DNA of 64,000 nucleotides from assembly GCA_016906335.1 (NCBI GenBank), contig JADEYG010000009.1:62001-126000 (forward strand), given 5' to 3'. The notes beneath the pieces are model-generated. The model saw only the letters and a program-made list of their open reading frames with translations, was not told the origin of the DNA and searched no databases. Below are positions 58,930-64,000 of this stretch, piece by piece (position 1 is the first letter of the stretch; the number at the start of each line of letters is the position of its first letter). The position numbers were made by a program, and so were the translations under genes. The DNA is from Novakomyces olei (lineage: Eukaryota).

Positions 58930-60935
58930 ATGCAGGCAGGGCCGGTCGTAGTGATGAGTAAGCGCACGTTGAAACTTTATCTAACGCGAACAGATACGAA
59001 CAGCGAACGGCAATCTGGTCGTCGTGCACAATTATCAAATATCAATGCAGCCAAAGCCGTGGCAGATGTACGCGCCCTCCTTTGAATATTTGCCTTTAAT
59101 TCATTTATTTGTTTACGCTCAAATGAAGCAAGACTAATAGAAATTTTCTGACTCGTTCTGCCTTGTCTGGCTGCAAATGCTAACTGTGTAGATTATACGG
59201 ACGTGCTTGGGTAGGATCGTGCAAAGGAATGACTAATAATATTAGGCCCAAAGGCAATGCTTAAAATGATGCTTGATCCAATGGGAGGCGTTCTCCTCAC
59301 AAACGACGGTCACGCTATTCTTCGGGAGATCGAAGTTGCCCATCCAGCCGCGAAAAGCATGATTGAACTGAGCCGTACACAAGACGAGGAAGGTGGGTTT
59401 ATTTTTTTAATTTCTATTTTTGATTTTTTTTATTTATTTTTTTATTTTTATTTATTTATTTGCTTCTTTCTTTCTCTCTTTGTTTCTTTTTTTTTTTTTT
59501 TTCTATTTCTTTATTCTATTATTGTATCCCTAATCTTTAACTGCTTCTAACGACAGTCGGTGACGGCACTACAACGGTCATTATTCTAGCGGGCGAGATT
59601 CTAGCGTACTCTGTGCCCAACTTGGAGCGCAACATCCACCCCGTAGTCATAATATCCGCCTTCAAGCAAGCACTGTCCGATGCTTTGCAGGTGATCGAAG
59701 ACGTTTCTGTCAAAGTCAATGTGGACAGCGACACGGAGATGAACGAGCTGATCCGCGTTTCAATCGGAACTAAATTCGTCTCCCGCTGGAGCAAGCTAAT
59801 GTGCCATTTAGCTCTTCGAGCAGTGCGTACAGTGGCCACTGAGGCTAATGGCAAACGTGAAGTGGACATCAAACGCTATGCCAGGGTAGAAAAGGTCCCT
59901 GGTGGAGAAATCGAAGAGTCCTGTGTCCTTGACGGAGTCATGTTGAACAAGGACGTAACGCACCCCAAGATGCGTCGGCGCATTGAGCATCCGCGTATCG
60001 TTCTGCTCGACTGCCCGCTCGAGTATAAGAAGGGCGAGAGTCAGACAAACATTGAGATTGAGCGTGAGCAGGACTGGAACCGGATCCTTGAGATTGAAGA
60101 AGAGCAGATTAAGCATATGTGTGACTGCATCTTGGCAGTTAAGCCCGACCTGGTTATTACGGAGAAGGGTGTGAGCGATCTGGCGCAGCACTATTTGCTC
60201 AAGGCCAATGTAACTGCGCTGAGGCGTGTACGTAAAACTGACAACAACCGAATTGCACGAGCAGTGGGGGCCACAATAGTAAACAGGGTAGAGGACTTAA
60301 AGTCTGGTGATGTAGGGACGATGTGCGGCCTGTTTGACGTCCACAAGATTGCTGATGAATACTTTACGTTTCTGACCGGCTGTAAGAGTCCCAAGGCCTG
60401 TACAATCCTGCTGCGAGGCCCCAGTAAGGACGTTTTGAATGAGATTGAACGCAATTTGCAGGACGCCATGTCCGTTGCCCGCAACGTGTTCTTCCATCCA
60501 CGTCTGAGTCCCGGTGGGGGCGCAACAGAGATGGCTATCCGTACAATATTGGGGCAAAAGTCGCACTCGATCGAGGGAGTCTTGCAGTGGCCCTATCGTG
60601 CAGTAGCCGAGGCGATGGAGGTTATTCCAAGGACACTGGCCCAAAACTGTGGAGCCAATCCGATCAAGGTGCTTACAGCGCTGAGAGCAAAACATGTGGA
60701 GGGCCAACACTCGTACGGAGTTGATGGAGAAACTGGGAAGATCGTTGATATGCACGACTACGGAGTATGGGAGCCTCAGGCAATTAAATTGCAGTCTGTA
60801 AAGACGGCAATTGAGAGTGCCTGCCTTCTTTTACGCGTGGACGATATCGTTTCTGGAGTTCGAAAGCAGGGCGAAAAGTCTCAGGCTTTGGGCGGGCCTC
60901 AAGTGGGTGAGGACGCGCCTGAGCCTGAGGGCTAG
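58930..60935 (+). CDS. CCT3: Chaperonin CCT/TRiC gamma subunit (5 exons, including a 19-nt micro-exon)
   Basis: MQAGPVVVMN..NINAAKAVAD-IIRTCLGPKAMLKMMLDPMGG, SRTQDEE-VGDGTT, DIKRYARVEKVPGG and LDCPLEYKKGESQT. Confidence 0.97.
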
Positions 60936-61251
60936 ACAGATCTAGTATAAGAATTGGCAGAGACAGGAAAGAATAGAAATAAATGAAAATAAATGAAAAA
61001 TGTGCTGATTTAAGGTTTAAAAGAAAAGTAGAGCGAGTCGGTAGAATTGAAATAAGACCAGAAAATTAGCGAAAAATGGCAGGACTAGTTGGGAGTAGTG
61101 TGTATATTTATAACCCTATCAATTGAACAAAAGAGCAGGCAAGGGTTTAACTTACCAAACAGTACCTGGATTTCACATAATTTTATTTATTTTACATAAT
61201 TTTATTTTATTTTAATTATTTTTCATTCAATTATTCTAGCAACGATTGTGC

Positions 61252-63446
61252 TCATCTACTCCTCGCCTCGCTCACGGCTTTCCCCAGTTCGTTCAGAGCC
61301 TCTGAGTAGACAGGAAACGCAGCCACAACTTGCTCATCCTTCGCTCGAATATGGCTCTTTTCAACTGCTCTCTGCCGCTGTAAAGAAGCCGATTGCAGGA
61401 TATTATGGGCAAATCGACGGCCGTCCTTTGGCGCCAGTAAAGTCCACGCATCGCCTTCGTTTCCCGCCCGGGCAGTGCGTCCGACCCGATGGACATAAGC
61501 CCTCAGAGATAGGGGAGCATCGTAATTCACTATATGCCGTGTCGAGGGGACATCGACACCTCGGCTCATAAGATCAGAGCAAACAAGGATACTTATCTGA
61601 TCATCACGAAAGGCTCGCAAAGCCTGCCGTCTTTGGTCGCGAGTCATATCCGAGGAAAAAAGGCCGACAGTTTGGTCTGTACCTTTTGTTATCAGTTGCA
61701 ATAATCGAGCCAGCCGGGCGGCAGTTACAGTACTGCGGGTAAAGATAATTACATTACGCAGCCCGTGTTCCTGTAAGAGCGCATAAAGCGCCAGCGGCTT
61801 TTCTACTTGGCCTTCTACATGTACCGCATGCTCTGTCAGTGTCGGCGGCAAGGAAAAGAAAGAAGCTTCGTCTAGGTTAGTGTCTACTGTCGCTGATAAG
61901 GGAATCTGCCTTGTCTGCTCTGGCTCTAGATCTGGGTCCGGTTGCGCTTCCATCTTGTCGCTTTCTCCACCCATATCCCTTCGCGTACCCGTTTTTGCGG
62001 GTTCGTTCAAGCTGCCTTGGAAGACAAGTAGCTTCGGATTGCGTAGATTAAGCGACTGAAAAACTCCCGGTTCTCGGGTCAGCGTGGCTGACAATACCAG
62101 TTTGCACAGTGGATTACACGCTCTTTTATCACTGACAAAATCTGTAGAGATCCGGCCACAGTACTCGTCACCGCTGCCGCTTCCAATCTGCCAGGGAGCA
62201 TTGAGCTGGCCACTTGCTTTTGTATCTGGTTGAGCCAAATGGATGTTCAGAACAGGCAACCAGTCTTGGAACTCTTGGTTCATTAGCCGATCGGCCTCGT
62301 CGAGCACGATAAACTCTAAATGCTGCAAAGTGAACCCAGGAGTCAGTTTTATATGGTCGACAAGTCGGCCTGGAGTGGCCACTAGGATATCAACAAGGCT
62401 CTCTGTCGTGTACGGATGGTTTCGGATTAATAGAGTCTGTTCTGCGGCAAACGATTTGGTACCGTTGGCAACAGCCACCTGAGAATTAGCTTGGAGCAAA
62501 TGATTAATAATTGATTAATCAATTATTTATTTATTTAACTAATTGTCATACCTTTAAGCCTGAGCCAGCTCCAATTTGCTCTAGTACCGTGCGTACTTGG
62601 GCACAAAGCTCACGTGTCGGTAAAATAATAAGAGCTCGTAAACGGCAAACTTTTCGTTGCATTAATTGCTATTCCAATGAGCGAAAAGTCATATTTAATA
62701 AGCTTGCTTACATTAACAATGGGAATAGAGTAGGCTAGAGTCTTGCCAGACCCCGTGGGCGCATTCACACACAGATCGTGGGCACACCGAGCATAAAACG
62801 GGAATAAGCGCAGTCGTCGGCACTGTTCAAGCAAGAAAGAAATCAGCCCATATTGCACGGAAAACATGTCTGAAACTTTAATACGGGTCGCCAAATTGCG
62901 TTTAATCCTGGAATCCAAGCCATTTACAGAGGCAAACTGTACCAACTTTGCCGATGAAGAAACGATAGGGTTCAGCAGCCAGTCTGGCAAGGCTTCTTGC
63001 AGTAAGCGTTGCCGAGACTGAGCGTGAGCAAATTGCCGCTGCTCACTACTATACAAATTACTCTCTGTCTGTTCCATAACAGTTCCGCTTTGTTCGGAAC
63101 CGATGGGACTGTTTGCATCGTCCTCTGCCACGTCCTGATGACTTGCAACGTTATTGCTTGATGTCTTTTCCCCACTGGCTCGACTGGCCGTTTCCAAGTC
63201 ATTTTGGCTCTTAAGTTTCTGCTCCAAACTGTCCTCCACGTCACTTGAGCCCTCGTTTACAGGAGTCGGCTCTCGATCTGAACCTGCGCCATTGACTCTA
63301 TCGACTTTGCGACGCTTTCGCGATAGTTTTGCATTAAGACGAGCTAACCGGTCTGCCGAATTGTCATTAAGCTCATTAGCGGTTTTAATATCTTGTGCCT
63401 CCGCCAGTGAGGTTGCGTCTGAAGGAATAAACCGTCGTGAAAACAT
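61252..63446 (-). CDS. DBP6: DEAD-box RNA helicase Dbp6/DDX51 (3 exons)
   Basis: LPDWL, DLCVNAPTGSGKTLAY, LRALIILPTREL, DILVATPGRLVDH, LDEADRL, KLVLSATLT, FSLPPTLTE and YVHRVGRTARAG. Confidence 0.9.
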
Positions 63447-64000
63447 AACCCTTCACTATTGCCGATCAACGGCTGTCAGTATCAAACACACTCTGCATCG
63501 ATCGCTGCCAATATTGATTTAAATAAATATTATTATTTTGAATATTAGAACACCTTTTCATAATTTACTATGCCAAGGAAATACGTGCACTATATAAATT
63601 TGACTGCTGTATACTGTGAAATCGTATCAAGTTTACGAGCAACGATCGCTACCGTTATTATACTTTTCTAACGCATTTATTACGGGGAAAACATATAATC
63701 CGGGAAAAGACGTCTAAAAAGCAAACAAAATTTGTCAGTCACGTGCGTCCTTTTCTGCCTCTAATTGCAAGGGACCAGTTTGTTGGTACTGCTGAAGGAT
63801 TGGTGGAACAGCGTGAACTTTTGGACTTTGGCAATATGGAACAGACTCGTTAAATAGCAGCCCGACCGGTCAAGAAGCGAAACTATACTCAGCGACTACA
63901 AGGCAACAACCGGTAAATGGCCTGTAACAACATTTTGCCGTAACATGCTACAGACTGCAACTTTGCGTGCAACTAAATGGACGATAACAGTTTACGTTTT

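Noticed and set aside
63837-64000. Possible gene start at the right edge (ATGGAACAGACTCG...)
   Set aside because: An in-frame stop follows after five codons and there is too little sequence to establish an exon structure.
1-64000. Alternative genetic code or U12-type introns
   Set aside because: CTG aligns with conserved Leu (e.g. CCT3 VLLDCPLE), and no intron begins with a GTATCCTT or ATATCCTT donor.

Overview
Gene-dense eukaryotic (fungal) chromosomal DNA in the standard genetic code, with many short AT-rich spliceosomal introns (GT..CTAAC/CTAAT..AG, down to about 35 nt). The gene set (a Pof8/LARP7-like protein, an AreA/Gaf1-like GATA factor, a NIMA/Fin1-like kinase) and the intron style suggest an early-diverging ascomycete, possibly Taphrinomycotina; this is inference. 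I reconstructed about 27 protein genes by eye: uL24m, SGF11, aromatic amino acid decarboxylase, acyl-protein thioesterase, HSP12-like, ATG22-like, M24 hydrolase, Dal81/TamA-like Zn2Cys6 factor, amidase, POF8, SUB2, AreA, SVL3-like, MtfA-like, thaumatin-like, NUP53, NIMA, FMP46, DUS1, NUG1, ATG5, APQ12-like, OPT, GLN4, ZPR1, CCT3 and DBP6. Most are in head-to-head pairs. I recognised no tRNA, rRNA, CRISPR array or transposon. Two things stand out. (1) A compact four-gene nitrogen-scavenging cluster at 7.9-15.6 kb: transporter, intronless bacterial-looking M24 metallohydrolase, Dal81/TamA-type regulator and amidase. Its two divergent promoters share a CTCCGTCGGC motif and carry GATA sites. (2) An 818-nt first intron in the RNA helicase gene SUB2/UAP56 with long-range complementary arms, competing helices next to the 5' splice site, and a looped-out stop-containing cassette exon, which makes it a candidate structure-based autoregulatory splicing switch. 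All gene identities come from motif recognition without database searches.
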